Source of the DNA: Tubiluchus corallicola
Lineage: Eukaryota; Animalia; Priapulida
Assembly (NCBI GenBank): GCA_030141605.1
Contig: JAQGDQ010000253.1
Coordinates: forward strand, 261,132-325,131
Length of the DNA: 64,000 nucleotides
Direction: 5' to 3'
Below the pieces are notes generated by a model that was given only the letters and a program-made list of their open reading frames with translations, had not been told where the DNA came from and made no database searches. Below, one piece after another: positions 40,001 to 51,896 of this stretch. The translations under genes were made by a program, and so were the position numbers. The stretch's first letter is position 1. Every line of letters begins with the position of its first letter.

Positions 40001-41323
40001 GCGTAGTGTAGTGTAGTGTAGTGTAGTGTAGTGTAGTGTAGTGTAGTGTAGTGTAGTGTAGTGTAGTGTAGTGTAGTGTAGTGTAGTGTAGTGTAGTGTA
40101 GTGTAGTGTAGTGTAGTGTAGTGTAGTGCTGTGTAGTGTAGTGTAGTGTAGTATAGGTAGTGTAGTGTGGTGTGGTGTGGTGTGGTGTGGCGTGGCGTGG
40201 CGTGGCGTGCCGTGCCGTGCCGTGGCGTGGCGTGGCGTGGCGTGTCGTGGCGTGGCGTGGCGTGGCGTGGCGTAGCGTGGCGTGGCGTAGCGTAGCGTAG
40301 CGTAGTATAGTTAGTGTAGTGTAGTGTAGTGTAGTGTAGTGTAGTGCAGTGCAGTGCAGTGCAGTGCAGTGCAGTGCAGTGCAGTGCAGTGCAGTGCAGT
40401 GCAGTGCAGTGCAGTGCAGTGCAGTGCAGTGCAGTGCAGTGCAGTGCAGTGCAGTGCAGTGCAGTACAGTACAGTACAGTACAGTACAGTACAGTACAGT
40501 ACAGTACAGTACAGTACAGTACAGTATATTATAGTTAGTTTATTATAGTGTCACCTTTCATTTTACTACAATTTAAAACATAAAAGTACGCACAGTTACA
40601 GTAAAATAAAACACTCTATCGACAGAGTTATAAGACACTTCAAAAATTATTAAAGCAATCATTTACATATTAATTAAAACAGTCATTAAACAAACAAGTA
40701 AACCAACCTAAACGTTAGCTAACAAATTTCTTTTTTCCAACACTAGGTGGCAGGTTTTGGCACATTTCGTTAGACAAATATCACTTGACAGTATGTGACA
40801 TTATTTATTATTATCGTTGAAATCATCAAAATTACTGATTTTTGACACTGGAATAACGAAGTGTGAATGTCAGCATAAACGAGACAAGACGCTAAAACAT
40901 ATTTTTCAGGCTGAACCGCTAATTGATCAGAAAAATGTCAAAACCTCTGCTTTTCAGGGATATTAGTGTATGATGTATCTTCCAATTTCTAAAATAATGA
41001 CAGGAATCCCACATCTAAATTTAGATAATGCACTTCTGTGAGTTTTGGGCGATATACTTGATACATAATCATCCTCTTTAAAAAGTTTACGTATGTATAA
41101 GTGTTTGGACTACTAGCCTCCCAATCTCTGCTTACAGTGGTATTCGAGTGTTAATTTTCGTTTTTCATTATGCACCCAGAGTCTACTTCAAAACCAGTTC
41201 ATGCATTATAAATGTAAATGTATTTACCTTCTTCCATTAGTCTTTCTACTATACCAGGACCATTTTCTTCCAAAAAGTTGTTCACAATGGACAGAACACG
41301 ATCTCTAAGTTCGTCAGACAAAG
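34097..41323 (-). CDS. Short collagen gene A (5' end not located): helical exon, acidic propeptide, polybasic site, CRCPPGP, 64 uninterrupted Gly-X-Y triplets
   Basis: Phase-1 exons 41228-41323 ([31 protein letters not shown]), 38808-38915 ([35 protein letters not shown]), 34204-34797 ([10 protein letters not shown]...GIP). Candidate last exons are 34097-34128 ([10 protein letters not shown]) or 33140-33189 (GQSVETTVYRRRPVEF*). Confidence 0.85.
35281..35352 (+). ncRNA. Twister ribozyme core (3' cleavage product) at the 5' end of a retroposon
   Basis: AA-CCTA-GCC-[ACTGGG..CTCAGT hairpin]-GCCGGTCCCAAGCCCGGATAAA-TAGG-GAGGG. CCTA/TAGG pair as P2. The core matches the Oryza sativa twister sequence as I recall it (UAA-CACU-GCC..GCCGGUCCCAAGCCCGGAUAAA-AGUG-GAGGG). 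Confidence 0.8.
35281..35773 (+). mobile_element. Non-autonomous RTE-derived retroposon, copy 1
   Basis: Twister head, internally deleted RTE RT C-terminus ([10 protein letters not shown]..., RWYGHL), (GAA)n tail; near-identical to 43056-43564. Confidence 0.85.
36294..36927. repeat. 55-bp tandem repeat, ~11.5 copies, with 5-unit higher-order pattern
   Basis: GCTAAGCGCACATACTACCTTAGTGCAGGGGCGGAGCTTGTTGCATGACACATAT; variants recur 275 bp apart. Confidence 0.95.
37134..37493. mobile_element. piggyBac-like MITE (copy 1)
   Basis: TTAA-CCCTTTC...GAAAGGG-TTAG; inverted homolog at 61152-61611. Confidence 0.8.
37695..38286 (+). mobile_element. Kolobok-like non-autonomous element (copies also at ~50147-50768 and partial ~53470-53690)
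   Basis: TTAA-AGGAAAA...TTTTCCT termini; ~600 bp homologous to 50147-50768, which ends TTCCT-TTAA. Confidence 0.65.
38344..38712 (-). mobile_element. ~370-bp LTR-like dispersed repeat (second copy 60037-60410)
   Basis: Highly similar copies; AATAAA on the minus strand and, in copy 2, a TATATAAG box; no clear short TSD. Confidence 0.6.
39378..39695. mobile_element. MITE with ~35-bp imperfect TIRs
   Basis: GGCTTGGGTCGACCTTGCGACGTAACGCAACT / AGTTGCGTCGCGTCCCAGGTCGACCTAAGCTT. Confidence 0.6.
39812..40527. repeat. Compound pentanucleotide microsatellite
   Basis: TAGTA, TGGTA, TGGTG, TGGCG, TAGCG, TAGTG, CAGTG, CAGTA blocks in one register. Confidence 0.95.
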
Positions 41324-41989
41324 CTAAAAAATTGCATTGAAATCTTGTATCATCAAGATGCTGTCTTATTCTGTACAGAGCTTCTATTAACAGCAATGCT
41401 TTATATAACAACGAAATGTGCAAAAAAACTGTCTATAAAACATAAAGCTAATTTACACTACAACTGCATAGAAATTTTCATGTGCGGTGGTAGCCGCCAT
41501 TCGCTTAAAAATTATGATGTATCTGGTGTTTATTGATTATTTATTTCACATCAACACAAATACACAATTAATACACAATACATTAATACACGATAAAAAT
41601 GATTTAAACTGTCTTTAGACGTACGTCAACCTATGGTAAACAAAGATAGTGATATCGCTACTTCCTTTAATACTGGTGTCTAAACAACGATATGTACAGC
41701 ATCATTACAAATATACTAACTTGACCCTCAAAACACTGTGGGGTTGAAAGATAAACAAGAGAATTATCGCTGTTGTATGTTGCTTAGTAAATTCGTATAC
41801 AGTTTACTTTGAGCACGTAACCAGTTTAAATATACCATAGTTTAGGATTGCTATATATACAAATGTAAATGTGTTGCGGGCAATCAAAAAGCAGGGCTTA
41901 TTAAATTGTCCCACAATGTGAAAGAAAAAAAAAGTAATGAAAATAATCTAAAAATTTGAAATGAATCGTACGATAAAGAAAACATTAGT

Positions 41990-42260
41990 GCTACAGAATG
42001 GAATGGAATGGTGGACTTCGTGACTTTCATAAGCGCATTGTGGCTTTCCGTGAGCGAGAGCTGCTTATTGAAACTTCTGCAGCTTACCTAATGTTTATGC
42101 AAAAATGTCACAAAATTATCTACTTTATTTTTTATAAAAACTGATTATACTTTCGACGGAAAGTGACAGCGCTGTGCTTTTCTTCAGTCGGCGAATGACG
42201 TCATTGGTGGAAGAATGGGTGCTCAAAATGAGAGCGCGAAATGACAGCGACTTTAAAGTG
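41990..42260 (+). repeat. Dispersed repeat (homolog at ~53700-53930)
   Basis: GGTGGACTTCGT...AATGTTTATGCAAAAATGTCACAAAAT...GACGTCATTGGTGGAA shared by both copies. Confidence 0.7.
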
Positions 42261-43055
42261 ATTTTACTAATTACACGAGGCATTTATTACACTTTTATTA
42301 CTAAACTCTTCTAAGCTGAGCATTGAAACAAGTCTAACTTCCCAGAAGGATTGATGTGCTGATTTAAACTTGTATTGCCCCCTCTTTTCTGTTATAAATT
42401 GGTTTCCTTTTAAACAGGTCATGTGACCAGTCTTTTACCTGTACACTTACAGGTAGATTGGAGTAACTCTGGCATTGACACACTGCAGTTACAGATTGTT
42501 TAGCTGCATTCATTGATTCGTTGTTATAATTTCATAACTACACTTATAGAAGATCACCATGTAAGTTGATTTATTAATTTCTTAAATCTTGAACCTTTGT
42601 TTATTAAAAAGACTAGAGATTAGATTTTATAATTTGCGTAAAACTTTGTTAAAGTTAATTAGATCAATTTGGTTTAGATTTACACCCCCCCCCTGAAATA
42701 CGCCCTGCACATAACACAATTCACAACAATAACTAAGGTGGTGAAGGCGGTAAAACCAGTTATCTAATGCCTCAAATCATTGTTTCTGCTGCAAAACACA
42801 GTTAAAACTATACAAACTTTGATCTACTTCTTGTGCTTGTGAAGTGGCTAGTAAAAGGTTTAACACAAAGAAACAAAAGATCGCATGCAGATTTACATGT
42901 CCTCTCACAGCCATCATCAGACACTAAAAATAAAAAAATAAAATAAAGAACAGCAAAGTTAAAGCTGTTTAAAATTACCCTCATTAATAACAGGTATATA
43001 TATATAAATAATATTTTATAGGCTAATTTTGTGAAATAGTTTTAGTCAATATTGT

Positions 43056-43142
43056 AACCTAGCCACTGGGGGGGGGGGGCAAGCCAGCCCAACTCAGTGC
43101 CGGTCCCAAGCCCAAGCCCCAAGCCCGGATAAATAGGGAGGG
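43056..43142 (+). ncRNA. Second twister ribozyme copy, with a CCCAAG-type duplication in L4 (probably inactivating)
   Basis: Same motif as 35281 but GGTCCCAAGCCCAAGCCCCAAGCCCGGATAAATAGGGAGGG. Confidence 0.7.
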
Positions 43143-43564
43143 TTAGGGTCAGGAAGGGCACCCGCCTGTAAAAACTGCGCCAAAACCTTCTGTGAATGAG
43201 TTGGTGAGACTTAAAGGAAAAGTCCACAAAGAAGTGGTCAGACCCACTCTAATCTATTGGCTGGAAGCAGCTTCTCTAAAGAAGACCGAAGAGAAGAAAA
43301 TGGGTGTGGTGGAGATGAGGATGTTGAGATGAATGGTAGGAATAACAAGAAGAGATAAAATTAGAAATAATAATATCAGAGGAACAGTAAAAGTAGTGGA
43401 AGCCTCGCAAGATTGCGATGGTATGGACACCTGAAAAGAAGTGTCGGTGAAGACCATGTGGGAATTGAAGACGTAAACGAAGAGATGGTCAACAACAGGA
43501 ATGCGTGGAGAAGACTCATTCACAACGGCGACCCCGAAAGGGAAAAGCTGGGAAGAAGAAGAAC
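43056..43564 (+). mobile_element. Non-autonomous RTE-derived retroposon, copy 2, with 16-bp TSD
   Basis: TSD TTTTAGTCAATATTGT at 43040-43055 and 43565-43580; (GAA)n tail. Confidence 0.9.
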
Positions 43565-44049
43565 TTTTAGTCAATATTGTATTATGAGGTACCTATAAAT
43601 GGGCGAAATTTCTAACAATTATTACGCTACTAATGTGGCTTTCACAAAATCGGAATTATCTAAAACACGAAAAACACATAGACTAAAACACCAATTATCA
43701 TTAATACGTGAACAGCCCACGTTATATGTTGATTACGTATTATATATTACCACTATCAATTGTTTTATAACTTATAATTCTTAGGCCTACATCTTGTGGA
43801 CCGTTTTGTTCTTATTCCAGGACAAGGGAGGGTGTTTATTTTCTCTATGGGCAGGTCCCAAACACAGCCACATCACAGGACCAATCACAGATTTTACTGG
43901 GAGATGCGATTTTATTCATTGTTAGAATTTTGTTATTGACAAAAATAACATGAAGAAACAACTGTCGTTATATGTTAAAGCTATTTTTCAAAATCAGAAG
44001 AAACGTACAAGTACTGTTAAACTCAATAAAACCAGGTGAAATAAAAAAG

Positions 44050-44132
44050 AGGTGGTCAACAACAGGAATGCGTGGAGAAGACTCATTCACAATGGCAACC
44101 CCGCATAGGGAAAAACTGGGAAGAAGAAGAAG
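44050..44132 (+). mobile_element. 3'-terminal fragment of the same RTE-derived retroposon
   Basis: GGTCAACAACAGGAATGCGTGGAGAAGACTCATTCAC...GGGAAGAAGAAGAAG matches the 3' ends of copies 1-3. Confidence 0.8.
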
Positions 44133-46229
44133 ATCGATTGTAACTGTAGTAACTAAGGTTTTGGAACGTGTCACTTAGTGATATCCTTGCCATTTGTGAC
44201 GCTCATGTTTACACATTATATTACAAGATGATCTTGATATTAAACATCAACGCGTTTATTATGTGCGAGAACCAATTGTGGTGTTAGGTTCAAACACTGT
44301 TCTGTTTTCTGCATAAAGAGAAGGTCTTTTTGTAGCATTTTGTAGTCAGTTTTATTGCAGTAGTCTCTGGTTTAATCACGATAGGTGAAACATTGAAAGA
44401 ATGCGTTTTACCTATAACAATACCATTAGAGGACGCTACAATCTTCCTTTTCGCTGTAGTGCAAATACATGTTAGCTATAATGTACCAAATTTTTCCTGC
44501 ATAGTTAGGAAAGCTGTATTTAGTCTCAGGCTGTTTTTGAGTAAGAACACGTTATTAATAAGTAGTAAGTAAGTAAGTTTATTAGTTTATCACCATTTTT
44601 AAAATAGCAAAATACATAACTAACAGATTTATAAATCTATACAACATACAATAATATTACAAAGTGCAAAAGTAATTATTGATTCGTGGTGAAAGGGTGG
44701 CGAAAGAACTATAAGTTATCGAGATCAGCCACCCTCTCAGGATTGTTACTAATATAATTAATTAGTTAATGCGCATGTATCAGGTAATAAAAAATTATCA
44801 GATTTTGCATTTAAGACGAATGAAAATTGGATTATTATACGAACGTGTTAGTTTATAATAAAATAATGTTCAATAATGGGAAAGAACTTCCTGTACAATA
44901 CTACGGATGAAACATTTTTAAGTCGTAGCAAAGAGTTTCATTTGCCCATTCTAACTAACTCTTTCTTGTACCTAAGCTTAACTATGTTTCTATAAACTAA
45001 CTCTGTGTTTTTACTTGTACCTTATGTATATAGCCTAATGTATATGCCTTGTGTAATGGGTCGTAAGAGGTGGTAAAAAATTTGTTTGTTTTTTGTGATG
45101 CGCAGATTTTGTTATTGAGCCACGAGGTTATATACTTTCAATAAAAAAGTTGTTTAGTTCGGTTTGTTCAGTCGAATTTTAGTTTATTTTAAGTGCTAGC
45201 CAAATCCTTGTGTATGTATTGTGCCTTACTGTAAATGTCTGAAATAAAATAAATAATTTAAAAAATTCGAGATATAAACTCATCGCATCAGTGCACTATT
45301 ATATAATTCATATGTTTAAAACTATGTCACTAACCTGTATTACTTGCAGGACAGTAGAAAACTTCCGTTATACATACTTGCGTCGTACGATGTCGCACGC
45401 GAATTTACAACAAAGCGTAGAGCGAACTACATTAGCTATATTCTTTAGCTGAGAAACACTTTCGATTAATAACCCGTTTTAATGTACTGAAAACTAGAAC
45501 GTAGAAGTAGTGCATTAGCATTACATGTTTCAACTATTATGTGAAGTTCTTTGAGAGATGGCGGCTTACACAGAGGGTCGCGACATTCCCGCCTAGACTT
45601 GTCAAATTTCTAGAATGACAAACGTTTTATGCGCTAATTAGTTCTTAGATAATAAAAGAATTGATTTACGAAATTATATGTCCTATAAAGGGTGCCCACG
45701 GCGAGCTGCCACACGGAAAACACTTGCATCTATATAATACTAGTTAACTGTCAATTTAACATGAGAATAAGTCCCGTGTGCCAAAATAACAATTGCAGTT
45801 TGTGTAAAACTTTCTGAAAAAAACGTAAATTGAATTATGTGCATGGCGACCCGTCAACGTTCTAGATTATGGAAGGCAATAACTGCCTGGTTTTCAACTA
45901 ACCTCAGAACCAGATTGTTTTTAATGAAGGCAGGAATGCTGATACTTTTTATCATCATTATCATCACTAGTGCGCCCCAATCACTAGTGATGATACTAAT
46001 TAATTAATTAATTGATTGATTGATTAAATGTGTATGCACCTATAATTATACCCTTTATTGAAATTGAGAAATCATCGGTTTAAAACTTTCCTTTTCTATT
46101 TACAATAGTTTTATTTAAAGCTGAATTTCTTTCAAATTTGCGATTTTTGTTTTTTGCAATCCTTGCACGTTTTGAATTGCATGCAGAATCATATGTCATG
46201 GGCTATATTTTTTTCTTAGTAGATATTCT

Positions 46230-46860
46230 TAGAATAGAATAGAATAGAATAGAATAGAATAGAATAGAATAGAATAGAATAGAATAGAATAGAATAGAAT
46301 AGAATAGAATAGAATAGAATAATAGAATAGAGTAGAATAGAATAGAGTAGAGTAGAGTAGAGTAGAGTAGAGTAGAGTAGAGTAGAGTAGAGTAGAGTAG
46401 AGTAGAGTAGAGTAGAGTAGAATAGAATAGAACAGAATAGAAACAGAACAGAAGAGAACAGAATAGAATAGAATAGAGGTTCGTTTCTAGATTATTGTTA
46501 TTATTATTATAACTCGTTTAGTAAAATATATTTTATTTTATTTTATTTTATTTTATTTTACTTTACTTTACTTTCCTTTACTTTACTTTACTTTACTTTA
46601 CTTTACTTTACTTTACTTTACTTTACTTTACTTTACTTTACTTTACTTTACTTTACTTTACTTTACTTTACTTTACTTTACTTTACTTTACTTTACTTTA
46701 CTTTACTTTACTTTACTTTACTTTACTTTACTTTACTTTACTTTACTTTACTTTACTTTACTTTACTTTACTTTACTTTACTTTACTTTACTTTACTTTA
46801 CTTTACTTTACTTTATTTTATTTTATTTTATTTTATTTTATTTTATTTTATTTCATTTAT
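46230..46860. repeat. (AGAAT/AGAGT/AGAAC)n and (TTTTA/CTTTA)n pentanucleotide arrays
   Basis: Direct reading. Confidence 0.95.
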
Positions 46861-47609
46861 TTTATTATCTAGAATACAAACACCCACCACATGATGGTGA
46901 AACACGTGGGTGTGCCCGTTTCATTCCTCGCTTTCGTCACTGGCTGGTGTCGCTTAAAACGTGCAAATTATTCATTAATTTATTCATTGACTTTTAAGAG
47001 AAATACGTTACTCGGGCCGCGGCACGTAGTCTGTTCACCAGCGTGGAAAAAACTACATGTAAAGTTATTAAATTGCGCTTAATATATGTTGTCATGTAGA
47101 ATTAAATACTAAAGAAACAAAGTATAAAGTTCATAAGTTTTCGAGCGTGTTAACATAAAGTAACATAACGTAAACATAAGTTTTAAGTTTAAACGTTATT
47201 TGTTCTAAGTTTGTGTGAACAGAATACCTTAGCTAACAGAGTCGTTTATCTACAGTTTGCCTATGTGATCATTACTCTTTTGAGGTTTTAATAAAAATTG
47301 TTTCAAATCATAATTTATTTTGATTGTGTTGCGTATCGGCCCGAAAGGCAACAAAATAGAAAATTCAAAAATCAGAAAGAATGAATGAATTCAGATCCTA
47401 ATCCGCGAGCATAATGCCTTCACCGTGTTTACACCTGACTATACCGTGTCGAGTGTGATTAACTTATGTCAAAATTTGCAGATTAATTACGCTCAAGTGT
47501 GACTACCCAATGTGTACGTTGCTCTTGACCTACAGTGTTTATATAGGTCAGCGTTTCCCTGAGCTTTTCTATTTCGCTTCTCTAAAGCATTTTTTATTTG
47601 ATGCGATTT

Positions 47610-47772
47610 CTTGTTTGTCTGTTTGCTTGTCTGTCTGTCTGTTTGGCTGTCTATCTGTTTCTCTGTCTGTCTGTCTGTCTGTCTGTCTGTCAGTCAGTCA
47701 GTCAGTCAGTCAGTCAGTCAGTCAGTCAGTCAGTCAGTCAGTCAGTCAGTCAGTCAGTCAGTCAGTCAGTCA

Positions 47773-47846
<74 letters not shown>
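47610..47846. repeat. (TCTG)n/(TCAG)n tetranucleotide array
   Basis: Direct reading. Confidence 0.95.
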
Positions 47847-48164
47847 GTTTTTATTCTTAACATTCATAGTACCTTTCGTTTGTAACAACTAGTCCAGTCA
47901 CATTAGCCGTATGATTATGACAAAAATAATGCAAAGGTGAATTTTTGCACAGGCACTCAGAAATAAACATATTCAAAATCTCTTGAAATTCATTTTGGGT
48001 AAAAAGTTTACAAGGCTTTACATTCAGAATGGCCGCCAACATGTTCTTAAAAACAAAATAGCTCAGTTAAAAAACACTGTGGGCTGCATGAATACATTAT
48101 CAGCTGATAGAATAATGAGTTTAATGTAGTAGAGAAAAATGAGTTTAATGTAGTATCTCTTTAC

Positions 48165-48433
48165 CAGGGCCTATTTGAGGGGGGAGGGAAGTGGGGATAC
48201 TTCCCCGGGGCCTCACCCTCCAAGGGGGTCTCGCCCCGAGGTGATTTGACTATTTGGCAAGTATTAAGGACTGGTCTTGATAATAAAGCAGTTTTTCTTT
48301 CAATTGTTCTTTCCTTTAACAACTGTATAACTCCATATTTTCTCTTCGAAAATGCTTCTCCGGCGTTCTAGCAGTTCAAAAGGCGTCACACGCCCCACTT
48401 CCCCGGACCTCGCTTAGCCTGAAATAGGCCCTG
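48165..48433. mobile_element. hAT-type MITE
   Basis: CAGGGCCTATTT...AAATAGGCCCTG with 8-bp TSD CTCTTTAC/CTCATTAC. Confidence 0.8.
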
Positions 48434-49124
48434 CTCATTACTATTTACCAGCTGCCATTTACTGTTCACCGACTTACTGCAGCTGATTGTCAATCGTCAC
48501 TGATCAACTAAAATTTGCTTTTAATACCAGGAAATATCCGTTTAATTAATTTCGCGAGAGTGATTAACTGCAAAATGTCAGTCTTGGGGCTTTTCTATTG
48601 TTGTATTCAATTTCTTATAAGTTCAGTAAAAGTTCAGTTGTCAATTCAATTGTCATGGCTTAAAGATCATTGCGCATTAACAAACCAATTCTTTTGACTC
48701 GACGTGAAAAATGTAACGATATTCCAACATTAATGTAACCTGAATTGCGTAATGTATCATACATTAAACTAGTGATGTATAATGCTATAACATGTCTCGA
48801 CCTACTTGTAGATTAAGAATTTCTTATAAATTAAACATAATCTTTGAAAGAAACCGACACAACGCGTATAGTAGTTGCAAAATAATTATTATCTAGCATG
48901 AATAGGCAAAACAATCTGGCGAGAATACCCTTCTGAGTAAAATTCAGGAAATAAACGCAAACTAAACTAAATTTTGTTTAGAAACTTTTATTAGAAGTTC
49001 TTAGTTCTGTCAAGTTTTTAAGTGTCAAAATTCAAAAACGTGCTAAACAGTACAAGACAATACAACAGAGATTATATAAATAATATTAAATATAATTATA
49101 AATAATAATAATATAATTATATTA

Positions 49125-49247
49125 AATAAGCAAGTAAGTAAGTAACTTGGTAAGCAAGTAATCAAGCAAATAGGTATGCAAATAAGTAAAGTATATAAGT
49201 AATTGAATAAGTAAGGAAAGAGGGAAGAAGGAAGAAGGAAAGAAGGA

Positions 49248-49328
<81 letters not shown>

Positions 49329-49475
49329 TGTAAGTATGTAAGTGAGTAAATGAGTGTGAGTGAGTGAGTGAGTGAGCGAGTGAGTGCATTAGCGAGTGAG
49401 TGAGTGCACGAGCAAGTGAGTGAGTAAGAAAGTAGGAAAATAAGTAAGTAAGCAAGTAAGTAAAAGTAAGTAAGA
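49125..49475. repeat. (TAAG)n/(TGAG)n tetranucleotide array
   Basis: Direct reading. Confidence 0.9.
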
Positions 49476-50146
49476 AAGTTGTTCACTCAGTCAGTAAATT
49501 ATTTATCACCTTTTACAAAAACAGGACGTGCAACAATATTATAATCAAACCCTTGGTGATGATTTATAAAGAATAAAATTATAACAATACATGTATAATG
49601 TTGTTTGGTGAATGAGTGGTGTATATGCTGTATATTACGTATTGCAAACTACATACTGCTTGCGCTATACAAACAGTTTAATAAGAATTTTCAATATATT
49701 TTTCCTTTAAAAAGCTCGTTTCAAAATCACTTAATCTCACCAACGTGTCTGTGTGACACTTCAGTTTCATTACAATGACTAGAAGTACCCGCCTAAAGCA
49801 TAACAAAGACTGGAAAACCCTTTAGTATTAGTTAGTAGTAGCAGTAGTTTATTGGTTACAAAATCAATATTAAAAATTTTTCCATCTTTAACAAGAATAG
49901 TAAAATTGAAGCGTTTCATGGTAAAATTTTTCCACATTTTAGAAAACGGCATCATCATAAAGAGAGGTGAAAAACAGTGCAAAACAACAAATTTTCATTC
50001 AGTGTCAGTAAAAAAAGATTTTTATAAGTTTTTAAACGAATTAAATGCCCGTTAGTTGAACCTGGTTGATGGTTTGAAGATAAAAGGAAACCAGCTGAAA
50101 TTTGTTTGCTAGCCTATCATTATGCCGCTCTCACCGTGCATTGTTA

Positions 50147-50768
50147 AAGCAAAACCGGACCCAAGCTTAAACTGTAGGTCAAAACATTCTACTCTTTAAA
50201 ATATTGAAAGGAATCATGCTATTTTTTCAAAAATGACTTACGTGAAGGAATTACTACACAAACACAATTTCACGTTCATGTCACTAGTTCTTCGCTGTTA
50301 CATGCATTTTGCCATTCGCTAGTTAGACGGGCACTAGCGTCTGCATTTCGGAAATGCATTGCACAAAAAACAAGTGCTGTACCTCTCAGTTCACATGTGC
50401 TAGTTTCTGACAAACTACACACGTTCTACAGCTCATGCGTGAACCCAGCGGCAAATTTGAAATTTGAAATTTGAATTTTTATCTTAAAATTTGCCTAATT
50501 TAAGTATAACACACTGAATATCTTACAGTAGCACTGTACTTCAATTTTCGCTTTCGCAAACACGTGTAACACACCTATGGAATATTTTTGCTGTTGAAAA
50601 TTATGTTAGTTAGTGATGTCATCAATAATTGCGTTCGCCCTGCGTTAATTAAATTTCTTACTCTATTATTTACTTATTAGAAACACTTTTGCAGTATTAA
50701 TTATGTTAAAATGTATACTTTATCGGACTTGAAAATGGGGCAGTATATGAAAAAACATCGTGTCTTCC
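50147..50768 (+). mobile_element. Kolobok-like non-autonomous element, copy 2
   Basis: Collinear with 37695-38286; TTAA at both ends. Confidence 0.65.
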
Positions 50769-51387
50769 TTTAAATTGCAATGAAACACATCTGATTCGAT
50801 CGGCACTTTATTATGACGCATACAGCAAAATGACAGATATACATAATGTTCCTTAGACGCGTAATGTTGTTATGAGTAACCGCAGCTACGATGTGGACTC
50901 ACTCAAGGTGTTCTAACTCAAAACACTTTGTAAATACAACGTTAGGAACGAAAGCTAACCCAAACGACTTGCAGAGTTTTTAAGGAAAATATTGTTAAGA
51001 TCACATGTGTAAGTGTATTCTCATAGTTACCCCTTGTGACAAACGTTTTATTTGAGTTGTAGAAGCAGCACCGCTTGGAGTTTCATCGTGACCATTGTTT
51101 AAAAGCAAAATTTCAGCATTCGATTTTTTTCAAATGATTATTATTTTGATTAATAGCTGATCAGAAACCAATAACAGCAGGTTACCAAAACTCTGGAACA
51201 AACGCATTCGAAAAGCAAAAATTGCAAGCCTCCCTTTTAAATTGTGTATCAAATGTGTAGCCATTGCAACTCGTAGCGTTCTTCAACCATTCAGCACATA
51301 TACTAGTAACATAATTTTTTGTCTTGTTCGCGTAAAGTAACTTGTCTACTAAGCTTTTCTTCGCTGATCATTTCGATCCCTTCAATG

Positions 51388-51494
51388 TCACACGAGGAGT
51401 TTAACACGGCGAGGAGGACTTCTTTGCTTTTGCCCATTTTTGGTGTTTGGTCGATTCCGAATTCGACGCGGCAAAGACGACGAAGAACTACCGC
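51388..51494 (-). CDS. Candidate alternative terminal exon of collagen B
   Basis: Acceptor ...aaatttcag then phase-1 GGSSSSLPRRIRNRPNTKNGQKQRSPPRRVKLLV*. Shares CCGCGTCGAATTCG (PRRIR) with the 52303 exon. Confidence 0.5.
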
Positions 51495-51896
51495 CTGAAA
51501 TTTCAAAAGACAACTATCATTATCCAGTATTTTGCATAAAGTGTTTGCAACTGGAGGCATACAGAGTAAACCGTTTCACGATGAAAATCGCACATTTTTA
51601 TGTTTTTAGCTATAAACACAGACAAACCACGTGCTACTTACGAGAAAAACTTGTAACATGTAAAAAATACACTGAAGTCAATAAAATATGAAATCAGCCA
51701 AACATTGCAAATGTTCATATTATAACTCTACAGACTTAAAAATAGGCTAGAGAAGAAGAGGAAAAGAATTTCTAATTATTAAATCAATAATATCTTTAAA
51801 TTTTAATAATTTTAACTTAAGATACAAGTCGTTTGTGTCATCATGAACATTACAAATTTACAAGCGAAATAGATACCATTTTTTGTTTGATAGATA

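Noticed and set aside
44412-44456. Possible upstream exon of collagen A (KRKIVASSNGIVI, phase 1-1)
   Set aside because: Splice sites are plausible but there is no homology or signal/TM support; the 5' end is left unresolved.
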